Below, in pieces: positions 8,667-15,777 of a stretch of 47,404 nucleotides of DNA; position 1 is the first letter of the stretch; every line of letters begins with the position of its first letter. The translations under genes and the position numbers were made by a program. This stretch comes from Alphaproteobacteria bacterium (lineage in GTDB: Bacteria > Pseudomonadota > Alphaproteobacteria > Sphingomonadales > Govanellaceae). The stretch covers positions 1 to 47,404 of the forward strand of contig RFJA01000070.1 in assembly GCA_003695065.1 (NCBI GenBank), read 5' to 3'. The notes under the pieces were generated by a model. That model did no database searches. It was given only the letters and a program-made list of their open reading frames with translations, and was not told where the DNA came from.

Positions 8667-9947
8667 ATGCCCAAAGAGAAAATTACCAAGCGGAAGGTGG
8701 ACGCGATTAAGCCTGGCCCGCGCGACCGATTCATCTGGGATACGGAGCTTCATGGTTTCGGGTTGAAGGTCACTCCGGCGGGGGCCAAGGTTTATATTGT
8801 TCAGTACCGCATGGGTGGGCGGGACAGCAGAACCAAGCGTTTCACCATTGGCAAGCATGGATCGCCCTGGACCCCGGAGAAGGCGCGCAAGCAAGCGCGG
8901 GAAATTCTGGAAGGTGTGCGAAAAGGCACAGACCCCATGCTTTTGGCACACCAAAAAAAACAAGAAAATCAGAGGCTTGCCTTTCGGGCGTATGCCGATG
9001 ACTTCATCGAACGCTATGCCAAGACACATCAAAAGCGCTCCTGGATGGACGCACAGCGCATTCTGGACCGGGAATTCAAGCCGGTGTTCAAGGACCGCCC
9101 GATAAACAAAATCACCAAGGGCGAGATATGGCGGGCGCTCGAGGGCATGAAGGACCGGCCCGCCTTGTGCAAATACGCGCATGCGACATTGCGCAAACTG
9201 TTCCGGTGGGCGGTTAGTCTGGATGACATCCAGGTTTCGCCCGTCGAAGGCATTAAAGCCCCTGCCAAGGTGGAGGCGCGGGACCGTGTTTTGACGGATG
9301 CAGAGTTGCGCGCCGTATGGCTGGCATGCGATGCGCTGGACTATCCTTTCGGCCCTTTTGTCCGCCTTCTGATTGCCACCGGCCAGCGCCGTTCGGAAGT
9401 TGCGGGCATGGACTGGGCGGAAATTGATTGCGACGCGGGAGTTTGGACCATACCGGGCGACCGGGCCAAGAACGGGCAAGCGCACACCGTTCCCCTGAAT
9501 GATGTGGCGCGCGCCATCCTGGACGCGCTCGGGGCCATGACATCGAAACGGGGCCTTGTATTCACCTCCAACGGCAAGACGCCGATCAGCGGCTTTTCAA
9601 AGGCCAAGAAACGCCTGGACAAGCAAGCCCTGGCCCTTCTGCAAGCCAAGGCGGCGGAAGCGGGCCACAAGGCCGAAGATGTGATTCTTCCCCCGTGGCG
9701 ATACCATGACTTGCGCCGCACCGTTGCGACCGGCCTGCAACGGCTGGGCACCCGGCTGGAAGTGACGGAAGCGGTGTTGAACCATGTATCCGGCAGCCGG
9801 GCGGGAATTGTGGGCGTCTATCAGCGGTATAACTGGGCAGACGAAAAACGCACCGCGCTCGATGCATGGGGCGCGCACCTGACCGCCCTTGTTGAAGGCG
9901 CTGACAGGGGCGCAAATGTGGTGGCGCTCGCAGACCGGCGGGCGTGA
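8667..9947 (+). CDS. int: Tyrosine recombinase / phage-type integrase (P4-like, DUF4102 arm-binding N-terminus)
   Basis: The N-terminus KRKVDAIKPGPRDRFIWDTELHGFGLKVTPAGAKVYIVQYRMGG is typical of DUF4102 integrases. The C-terminal catalytic region carries ATGQRRSE, HDLRRT and LNH...GVYQRY. The ATG at 8667 is preceded by GGAGGAAAGG. Confidence 0.9.
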   Translation: MPKEKITKRKVDAIKPGPRDRFIWDTELHGFGLKVTPAGAKVYIVQYRMGGRDSRTKRFTIGKHGSPWTPEKARKQAREILEGVRKGTDPMLLAHQKKQENQRLAFRAYADDFIERYAKTHQKRSWMDAQRILDREFKPVFKDRPINKITKGEIWRALEGMKDRPALCKYAHATLRKLFRWAVSLDDIQVSPVEGIKAPAKVEARDRVLTDAELRAVWLACDALDYPFGPFVRLLIATGQRRSEVAGMDWAEIDCDAGVWTIPGDRAKNGQAHTVPLNDVARAILDALGAMTSKRGLVFTSNGKTPISGFSKAKKRLDKQALALLQAKAAEAGHKAEDVILPPWRYHDLRRTVATGLQRLGTRLEVTEAVLNHVSGSRAGIVGVYQRYNWADEKRTALDAWGAHLTALVEGADRGANVVALADRRA

Positions 9948-9975
9948 CAGGCCATCATTTGCAGGGGGAAGCGCA

Positions 9976-10332
9976 TTGTCAAGATATAGCAAGAGTGCTA
10001 TATGGGATATTGTTGTCACCAAGGCGGCAGAGAAGGAAATCAGGACCTTGCCGCCCGATATGCAGGCGCGCTTTCTGCGTATCGGGGAAATGCTGGCCCG
10101 ATACGGTCCGTTGCAGGTGGGTATGCCCTATGTCCGTTCGCTGGGACGGGGGCTTTGGGAAATGCGCCTGACCGGGCGCGACGGCATTGCCCGCGCCATA
10201 TACTTCGCGGCGGACAGGAAGCAATTGGTTGTGGTGCGGGCGTTTGTGAAGAAAACCCAGAAAACGCCGTTGCGCGAAATCGAGTTGGCGCTCAGGCGTA
10301 TGAAGGATTGGAAAGATGGCCAAGAACTTTGA
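9976..10332 (+). CDS. Type II toxin, Gp49/HigB (RelE superfamily)-like
   Basis: ...KEIRTLPPDMQARFLRIGEMLARYGP...VRSLGRGLWEMRLTGRDGIARAIYFAADRKQLVVVRAFVKKTQKTPLREIELALRRMKDW matches the Gp49-like toxin pattern. It overlaps the downstream HTH antitoxin gene by 17 nt. I propose a TTG start at 9976, 5 nt after AGGGGGAA; this start is uncertain. Confidence 0.7.
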   Translation: MSRYSKSAIWDIVVTKAAEKEIRTLPPDMQARFLRIGEMLARYGPLQVGMPYVRSLGRGLWEMRLTGRDGIARAIYFAADRKQLVVVRAFVKKTQKTPLREIELALRRMKDWKDGQEL

Positions 10333-10600
10333 CAAGCTTGCCACCGAATTGCGGAAGAATTCCGCCGTCCGGGAGGCCTATGACGCCATGGAGGAAGAAT
10401 TCGGGATTGCGTCCGCACTTATCGAGGCGCGCGCCAAGGCAGGCTTGACCCAGGGCGAACTGGCAAAGCGCATGGGCACCACGCAAAGCGCCATCGCCCG
10501 CATTGAAAGCGGCAAGCATTGGCCCAGCCGCAAGACGTTGGAAGGCTATGCCAAGGCCACCGGCATGCGGCCCACAATCCGGTTTGTGGAAGCGGGCTGA
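10316..10600 (+). CDS. XRE-family HTH antitoxin (HigA-like)
   Basis: The 94-aa product has a central HTH (LTQGELAKRMGTTQSAIARIESGK). The gene overlaps the toxin gene's 3' end, which is the classic toxin-first HigBA order. Confidence 0.85.
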   Translation: MAKNFDKLATELRKNSAVREAYDAMEEEFGIASALIEARAKAGLTQGELAKRMGTTQSAIARIESGKHWPSRKTLEGYAKATGMRPTIRFVEAG

Positions 10601-10640
10601 CAAGGACAGGGCCCGGCCAGGGTAGCTTCCGAAAATCTCG

Positions 10641-10728
10641 CACCGCGCTCGATGCATGGGGCGCGCACCTGACCGCCCTTGTTGAAGGTGCTGACAAGGG
10701 AACGAATGTGGTGGCGCTCGCAGACCGG
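10641..10728 (+). pseudogene. Relic copy of the integrase 3' end
   Basis: This 88-nt segment is about 93% identical to 9851-9938. It would encode ...TALDAWGAHLTALVEGADKGTNVVALADR, compared with int ...TALDAWGAHLTALVEGADRGANVVALADR. No upstream integrase sequence remains. Confidence 0.85.
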
Positions 10729-10759
10729 AAGTTTCAAGCGTCCACGAATAATCCATGAA

Positions 10760-10912
10760 CCCCGTAAATAACGGGTTTTTTTTCGAGACTTCGCAAAGTG
10801 GTCCCATAGGCCGCGACACTCGGACTTTGGAAATTTTCCCCGTAAATAACGGGGTTTTTTTCGAGCAATCGCTGCTTAAGGTGTTAGGGACAAGTGCATG
10901 GATTGTTGTGGC
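10760..10912 (+). repeat. About 150-bp repeat, copy 1, containing two terminator-like hairpins
   Basis: CCCCGTaaataACGGG+T8 lies at 10760-10783 and CCCCGTaaataACGGGG+T7 at 10838-10861, with a conserved spacer ...cgagacttcgcaaagtggtcccataggccgcgac... between them. By eye it is roughly 85-90% identical to 11760-11912. Confidence 0.8.
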
Positions 10913-11143
10913 CCACAGCGCCGTATACGGCGACGTAGCTGGTTTAAGGTGATTAGGGAAAATCGATGTCGCTCAACGAGCGACAAGTGCCTGTGGCGTA
11001 GAGATTTTTTATCCCCGTCACGGAAGTTTGTTCTTTACAGGCGCAAGAATCTCGATCTAATCTGATAATGCCATAGGAACGAAAGGGAAACTTTTCGTGA
11101 ACTAATGGCAAATTTGTTCAAATTGCTAAAAGGAACTAATTCA

Positions 11144-11356
11144 ATGATGCAAAATGAAGCTTTTCTAACCACCCAACAGGCGGCTGGATACACGAAGCTG
11201 GCCGTCTCGACATTGACCAAGAAAAGGCTGACCGGCGAGGGCCCGGCATTCGTCAAGATTGGCCGGCGGGTCGTCTACCGTCGCCAAGACCTGGACGAGT
11301 GGCTTGAAAGACACCGTCGCATGAGCACGAGCGATGTTGGGGAGGTGGGCCGATGA
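11144..11356 (+). CDS. Excisionase/AlpA-type helix-turn-helix DNA-binding protein
   Basis: FLTTQQAAGYTKLAVSTLTKKRLTGEGPAFVKIGRRVVYRRQDLDEWLE fits the excisionase-family HTH pattern. Its stop overlaps the next start (ATGA at 11353-11356). I chose the start at the internal Met pair; 11105 is also possible. Confidence 0.7.
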   Translation: MMQNEAFLTTQQAAGYTKLAVSTLTKKRLTGEGPAFVKIGRRVVYRRQDLDEWLERHRRMSTSDVGEVGR

Positions 11357-11757
11357 AACCCATAAAGAGAGGAAGCCCTGGCGATTGCAGCACCAAGGCC
11401 TCCAAACAAAATGATAGAAGTAGCAATTTGAAATTACATGAACACCTTTGCGGAAACAAGGGGCCTTTTACGCGGGTTTACTTCACAATCCGCAGGGAGG
11501 GTGGGGAAACCCGCCTGACCGCCACCGGGCGCAACGCATGGGCGCTGATGGAGCTTTACCGGGCCGGGAAACGGGGCTGTACGCCCATCGACAATCCCGG
11601 CCCCAGGTGGTCCGCCTACGTCCATAACCTGCGCAGGATGGGCGTGAACATCGCCACCGTGCACGAAGCACACAAGGGACCATTCCCCGGCACGCATGCC
11701 CGATATGTCCTGGAATCACCGATCCGGATCGAAGCGGCGGAAGGGGGTGCGCGATGA
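11353..11757 (+). CDS. Winged-helix (HTH_39-like) protein of small mobile elements
   Basis: ...GRNAWALMELYRAGKRGCTPIDNPGPRWSAYVHNLRRMGVNIATVHEAHKGPFPGTHARYVL resembles winged-helix proteins seen on alphaproteobacterial islands and plasmids. It is translationally coupled to the excisionase-like gene. Confidence 0.5.
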   Translation: MKPIKRGSPGDCSTKASKQNDRSSNLKLHEHLCGNKGPFTRVYFTIRREGGETRLTATGRNAWALMELYRAGKRGCTPIDNPGPRWSAYVHNLRRMGVNIATVHEAHKGPFPGTHARYVLESPIRIEAAEGGAR

Positions 11758-11759
11758 AG

Positions 11760-11912
11760 CCCGTAAATAACGAAGATTTTTTCGAGACTTCGCAAAGTGG
11801 TCCCATAGGCCGCGACCCCCGGACTTTGGAAATTTCCGCCCTAAATAACGGGGGTTTTTTCCAGCAATCGCTGCTTAAGGTGATTAGGGAAAAGTGCCTG
11901 GATTGTTGCGGT
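11760..11912 (+). repeat. About 150-bp repeat, copy 2 (hairpins partly degenerate)
   Basis: This is the same unit as 10760-10912. Its 3' end (..caatcgctgcttaaggtgattagggaaaagtgcctggattgttg..) runs into the zinc-ribbon ORF. Confidence 0.8.
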
Positions 11913-12062
11913 GGTTCCGCAAGCGAGGTGCGCAAGTGTGTTTGCGTTAGCTGTCCCTTGTGGCCCTATCGCATGAACAAGAACCCGTTTCGCCGTCGCG
12001 ATATGGCACCGGCCCAAAAGCGGCAAGCGGTGGAGCGGATGCGCGAAGCCCGCACAAATTAG
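11880..12062 (+). CDS. Small Cys-rich zinc-ribbon protein
   Basis: VIREKCLDCCGGSASEVRKCVCVSCPLWPYRMNKNPF... has six Cys in the pattern CxxCC...C.C..C, followed by a basic tail. The GTG at 11880 follows AAGG. The longer ORF from 11754 would translate the repeat unit, which is unlikely. An intrinsic terminator follows. Confidence 0.45.
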   Translation: MIREKCLDCCGGSASEVRKCVCVSCPLWPYRMNKNPFRRRDMAPAQKRQAVERMREARTN

Positions 12063-12073
12063 GGCGTAAACGC

Positions 12074-12106
12074 GGGGCGATGGGAAACCGTCGCCCCCCT
12101 TTTTTT
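12074..12106 (+). terminator. Rho-independent terminator
   Basis: GGGGCGA-tgggaaaccg-TCGCCCC is followed by ccTTTTTTT, 12 nt after the zinc-ribbon ORF stop. Confidence 0.65.
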
Positions 12107-12126
12107 CTCGAAATTAAAAACTTGCG

Positions 12127-12858
12127 ATGACTTTTGAGACGAATGCGCCTGCGCGCGCGCCAAAAAGCATTGATATTCAGAACCTTAGACGGAATTCCGC
12201 CAAAAATGGGGCGGCGTTTCGGACAAAACGACACTTATATAGGTTAACGCGCGTCTCGCACGCGCCCCTTGCCAAGCACCCTAAAGAAGCCCGCCTTCGC
12301 GCTGACCGTGTAAGCAAGCATTTGACCCGGAAGCAAGTGCATAATCTGCTTGCTGCGGCGGAGTACGCCCGCACCATCGGGCGGCCCCTGAACAGGTTCA
12401 CGACCATTCATTGGCAGGCTGGTGGCTTGGTCGGCGATTATCAGGGAGCGACCTTGCGTTTTCTGAAACTGGCGCGGGATTGGCTGCGCCTGCGGGGTGA
12501 AAGCCTGACCTATATTTGGGTGCGGGAATCGGGAGAGGGGATCGGGGAGCATGTTCACATCCTGATGCACGTTCCACCGCACCTTGCGCGCCAATTCAGC
12601 AACCGGCAACGGGGCTGGTTGCAAGCATGCGATGCCACCTTCCGCAAGGGCGTGATAAGCTCCCGCCCGGTGGGGCGCAACTATCGTCATGCCTTGAAGG
12701 GCGTTCAGTACGGGGAGCGTTACCGGGACCATCTGGCGAACGTGTTGGCCTACGTCCTGAAAGGGGAAAGAGAATTTGCGGGGGAGTTAAGCGGCAAGCG
12801 CTGCTCCACCAGCCAGAACATTGGACGCAAGGCTAGGAGGGGGTGGCCCAATCCCTGA
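12127..12858 (+). CDS. Putative HUH-superfamily Rep/relaxase-like protein
   Basis: Three motifs occur in canonical order and spacing: FTTIH (residues 91-95, motif I-like), HVHILMH (142-148, the HUH motif) and YVLKG (209-213, the YxxK catalytic Tyr motif). The WVRE......HVH context resembles YagK/YfjJ (inovirus Gp2-like) island proteins. The assignment rests on motifs only. Confidence 0.45.
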   Translation: MTFETNAPARAPKSIDIQNLRRNSAKNGAAFRTKRHLYRLTRVSHAPLAKHPKEARLRADRVSKHLTRKQVHNLLAAAEYARTIGRPLNRFTTIHWQAGGLVGDYQGATLRFLKLARDWLRLRGESLTYIWVRESGEGIGEHVHILMHVPPHLARQFSNRQRGWLQACDATFRKGVISSRPVGRNYRHALKGVQYGERYRDHLANVLAYVLKGEREFAGELSGKRCSTSQNIGRKARRGWPNP

Positions 12859-13005
12859 ACCGCCTGCGCCTACAGACCCGCGTGGGCCCCCATTCGGAGA
12901 TTTTTTTCTCGTTCTTTTCAGCCCGCGTTGGTGGGTGGCCGCGTCCGTTCGATGATTCTCTCAAGCCCGGCAACCGCACGGAAGTTTACCCCCGAAATAC
13001 CATCC

Positions 13006-13029
13006 CGTGATTGCTATGTGATTGCTAGG
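13006..13029. promoter_or_regulatory. Candidate integrase arm-type sites, tRNA-proximal end
   Basis: cGTGATTGCTatGTGATTGCTagg lies 70-95 bp from the core repeat. It is the same motif pair as 8606-8628. Confidence 0.4.
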
Positions 13030-13099
13030 GGCGTTTTCGGCGAACCGTTATGGTCCCGACTGCGGCCCGTAAACGCTAAAAACTACAATAGTTTATAGG

Positions 13100-13175
<76 letters not shown>

Positions 13176-13432
13176 GGAAGTCTGATGGGTGAGAAGGCTC
13201 CTATAGCAAAGCCGGCGCGGCTTGTCGACAGGAAGATACGGCTGGTCGCCTTCAGAAACCGTGCGTGCCGTGGGGCGCGGCGGCGTTGCCCCTTTAAGAA
13301 CTATCCATAAAAGGTTAAAAATTTTGACGGTACTCTGTTGCGCCGTTTCGGTCTCGCACGCGCGTATCCCAAGCCGGCAATGGGCGGCCAGACAGTTTAT
13401 GCGGCAGGCGATACGATGGGTGAACCACAGGC

Positions 13433-14611
13433 ATGGGGGGCATGATGGTTGAAATCTCGCAGTTAAAAGTTAATGAAATAGGGGCCGGAACAAAGCGGTT
13501 CTCGGCCCTTGTCGGCGGGCGTGAGGTCTGGATCGAGGCGCCTGGCGCCTTGGCACCGGCGCCGCGCGGTGAGATGTTTCTGGCCATCGGTCTGTTTCTC
13601 GCCATGGCGCGGAGAGAAGACCTTGTTGTGGACCCGGCGCTGCCGCTGTGTCCTGAGCTGACGGCGCGTCTCCCGCACATCATCGCGATCATCAGACAGT
13701 GGAACCCAGAGCTTGGGGCGCCACGGATCGAAGCGCGCCAGGAGCCGGTCGCCGCGCAGCCGGGTCTGGTGTTCACGTCTTTCTCGGGTGGTGTTGACAG
13801 CACCTATACTTTTCATCGTCATCGCGACAGCATCACCCATCTTCTGGTCACCAACTGCTTTGACGAGGCTGGGGCGACGGAACCCTTCGAAGCGCTTGTG
13901 AAAAAGGTGGCGGCGTTTGCAGACGAGCACGCCAAGGCGGTTCTGCCCATTGCCACCAATGCCCGCCGGGTCTGTGAGGCACAAGGCATGAGCTGGGACT
14001 ATCTGCACGGGCCGTTTCTGTGCTTGACGGCGGCCGCCTTCGGTCCGGCGCAGTATTTCATCCCGTCGAGTTTCAGTGTGCGCCAGCTCAAGCCCTGGGG
14101 GTCGCATCCGCTGCTCGACCCCATGTGGTCGACCGCGACCACCCGAATCGTCCATGACGGGATCGAGGTGCCCCGCACCCAGAAGATCCGGGCCCTTTCC
14201 CGGGATCCGGCGCTGTTGCGCTATCTCCAGGTCTGCTGGTACAGCAAGATCAACAATTGCGGCACATGCACAAAATGTACCCGCACCCTGCTGGTACTCA
14301 GGGAACTGGGGGTGACCGACGCGCCCTTTCCCGATGTGGATCCGACGGCGCGCATCGACGCCATGCGTCCGGACTCAGATATTGCGGCTGCCTATATCTG
14401 GGATCTGTGGCGGTTCTTCGAGGACCGGGGGCGGGCTGACATTGCCGCCAGGCTGCGCAAGCGGCTCGACCGTTACCTGCTCAAGCGCAATATGAACAAT
14501 CTGGTCAAGACGGTGATCGGGCGGCGCGGCAAGGCAGTGTTCCATGGTTTGCGCAAAACCGGCTGGCGCGACAAAAGCGTCCTCATCCGCGATCCCGACA
14601 ATTTCGAATAG
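13433..14611 (+). CDS. Uncharacterised PP-loop ATP pyrophosphatase, QueC-like core with about 110-aa N-terminal extension
   Basis: The PP-loop SFSGGVDS lies at residues 116-123. A Cys cluster C268-x7-C276-x2-C279-x2-C282 (CWYSKINNCGTCTKC) lies about 150 aa downstream, the same layout as the QueC zinc site. At 392 aa the protein is much longer than canonical QueC. Confidence 0.6.
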   Translation: MGGMMVEISQLKVNEIGAGTKRFSALVGGREVWIEAPGALAPAPRGEMFLAIGLFLAMARREDLVVDPALPLCPELTARLPHIIAIIRQWNPELGAPRIEARQEPVAAQPGLVFTSFSGGVDSTYTFHRHRDSITHLLVTNCFDEAGATEPFEALVKKVAAFADEHAKAVLPIATNARRVCEAQGMSWDYLHGPFLCLTAAAFGPAQYFIPSSFSVRQLKPWGSHPLLDPMWSTATTRIVHDGIEVPRTQKIRALSRDPALLRYLQVCWYSKINNCGTCTKCTRTLLVLRELGVTDAPFPDVDPTARIDAMRPDSDIAAAYIWDLWRFFEDRGRADIAARLRKRLDRYLLKRNMNNLVKTVIGRRGKAVFHGLRKTGWRDKSVLIRDPDNFE

Positions 14612-14631
14612 GCCGGCTGTTGCGGCCCGGA

Positions 14632-15777
14632 TCAGGTGATTGCGCCACTGCGTGGAATGATGGCGTCGCGATGGAGCGCGGCCGAGAGAATGAGACCAAA
14701 GCCGATCATCACGGTAAGCATGGCCGATCCGCCATAGGAGACAAGGGGCAGTGGCACGCCCACCACCGGCAGCAGGCCCATGACCATGGCGGTGTTGATG
14801 AAGACATAGAGGAAAAAGGTGAAGGCAAGGCCCATGGCCATAAGGCGCCCGAAATGGCTGCGTATGGTCAGGCTGACCAGAATGGCATAACCGATCAATA
14901 TGCCATAGAGGGTGAGCAGGCCAAGACCACCGAGAAGCCCGAATTCTTCAGCCAGCATGGTGAAGATGAAATCGGTCTGTTTCTCGGGTAGAAAATTGAG
15001 CTGGCTCTGGGTGCCCAGAAGAAATCCCTTGCCATACACGCCCCCTGAGCCAAGAGCGATCTTGGACTGCATGATGTGGTAGCCTGCACCCAGCGGGTCG
15101 CGTTCCGGATTGAGAAAGGTCAGGATCCGGCTCTTCTGGTAATCCTTGAGAAAACCCCAGGCCACCGGAATCGCTGCCAGCGCCGAAATGATCCCGGCCA
15201 CGAACAGCCAGAGTCGCACGCCGGCCAGGAACATCACCGCCGCACCGCCCAGGATCAGCAGCAGCGCGGTGCCAAGGTCGGGCTGGGACAAAACCAGACC
15301 CGCGGGCAGGGCGATCAGAATGACCGGGATCAGCAGGCTGCGCAAACTCATGGCTTCCCGCATGGTGATGCCGTGATAGTAGCGTGCCAGGGCCAGAACC
15401 AGCGCGATCTTCATCACCTCGGACGGCTGCAGGCGGAAGAACCCGAGGTCGATCCAGCGCTGCGCCCCCATGCCGGTGGTGCCGATGAACTCGACCGCGA
15501 TCAGCAGCGCCAGCGCACCAAGATAAATGGGGTACGCAGCCGACACCCAGAACCGCAGACTGGTCAGGGCGACCGCGATCATCAGAACCAGCCCCACTGC
15601 GAACCGGATCATCTGGCGCGATGCCCAGGGTTCGATGCTGCCCCCCGCAACCGAATAGAGCATGACGAATCCGACACAGGCGATGGCCGTGATCAGCAAC
15701 ACCACAAACCAGTTCAGTTCGCCAAACTTGGTGAAAAGTCCACGCTTTCCCTTGAGACTGATGGCCGGCTCCGTCAT
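14632..15777 (-). CDS. rodA: Rod shape-determining SEDS protein RodA
   Basis: This is an FtsW/RodA/SpoVE-type polytopic membrane protein (...RWIDLGFFRLQPSE..KI ... PEKQTDFIF ... GVPLPLVSYGGS). Its start overlaps the mrdA stop by 1 nt. Confidence 0.9.
   Translation of the reverse strand: MTEPAISLKGKRGLFTKFGELNWFVVLLITAIACVGFVMLYSVAGGSIEPWASRQMIRFAVGLVLMIAVALTSLRFWVSAAYPIYLGALALLIAVEFIGTTGMGAQRWIDLGFFRLQPSEVMKIALVLALARYYHGITMREAMSLRSLLIPVILIALPAGLVLSQPDLGTALLLILGGAAVMFLAGVRLWLFVAGIISALAAIPVAWGFLKDYQKSRILTFLNPERDPLGAGYHIMQSKIALGSGGVYGKGFLLGTQSQLNFLPEKQTDFIFTMLAEEFGLLGGLGLLTLYGILIGYAILVSLTIRSHFGRLMAMGLAFTFFLYVFINTAMVMGLLPVVGVPLPLVSYGGSAMLTVMIGFGLILSAALHRDAIIPRSGAIT

Noticed and set aside
8373-9485. 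370-aa minus-strand ORF spanning the att site and integrase region
   Set aside because: It runs through the tRNA fragment and antisense to int. It has no motifs. The integrase frame is clearly the real one.
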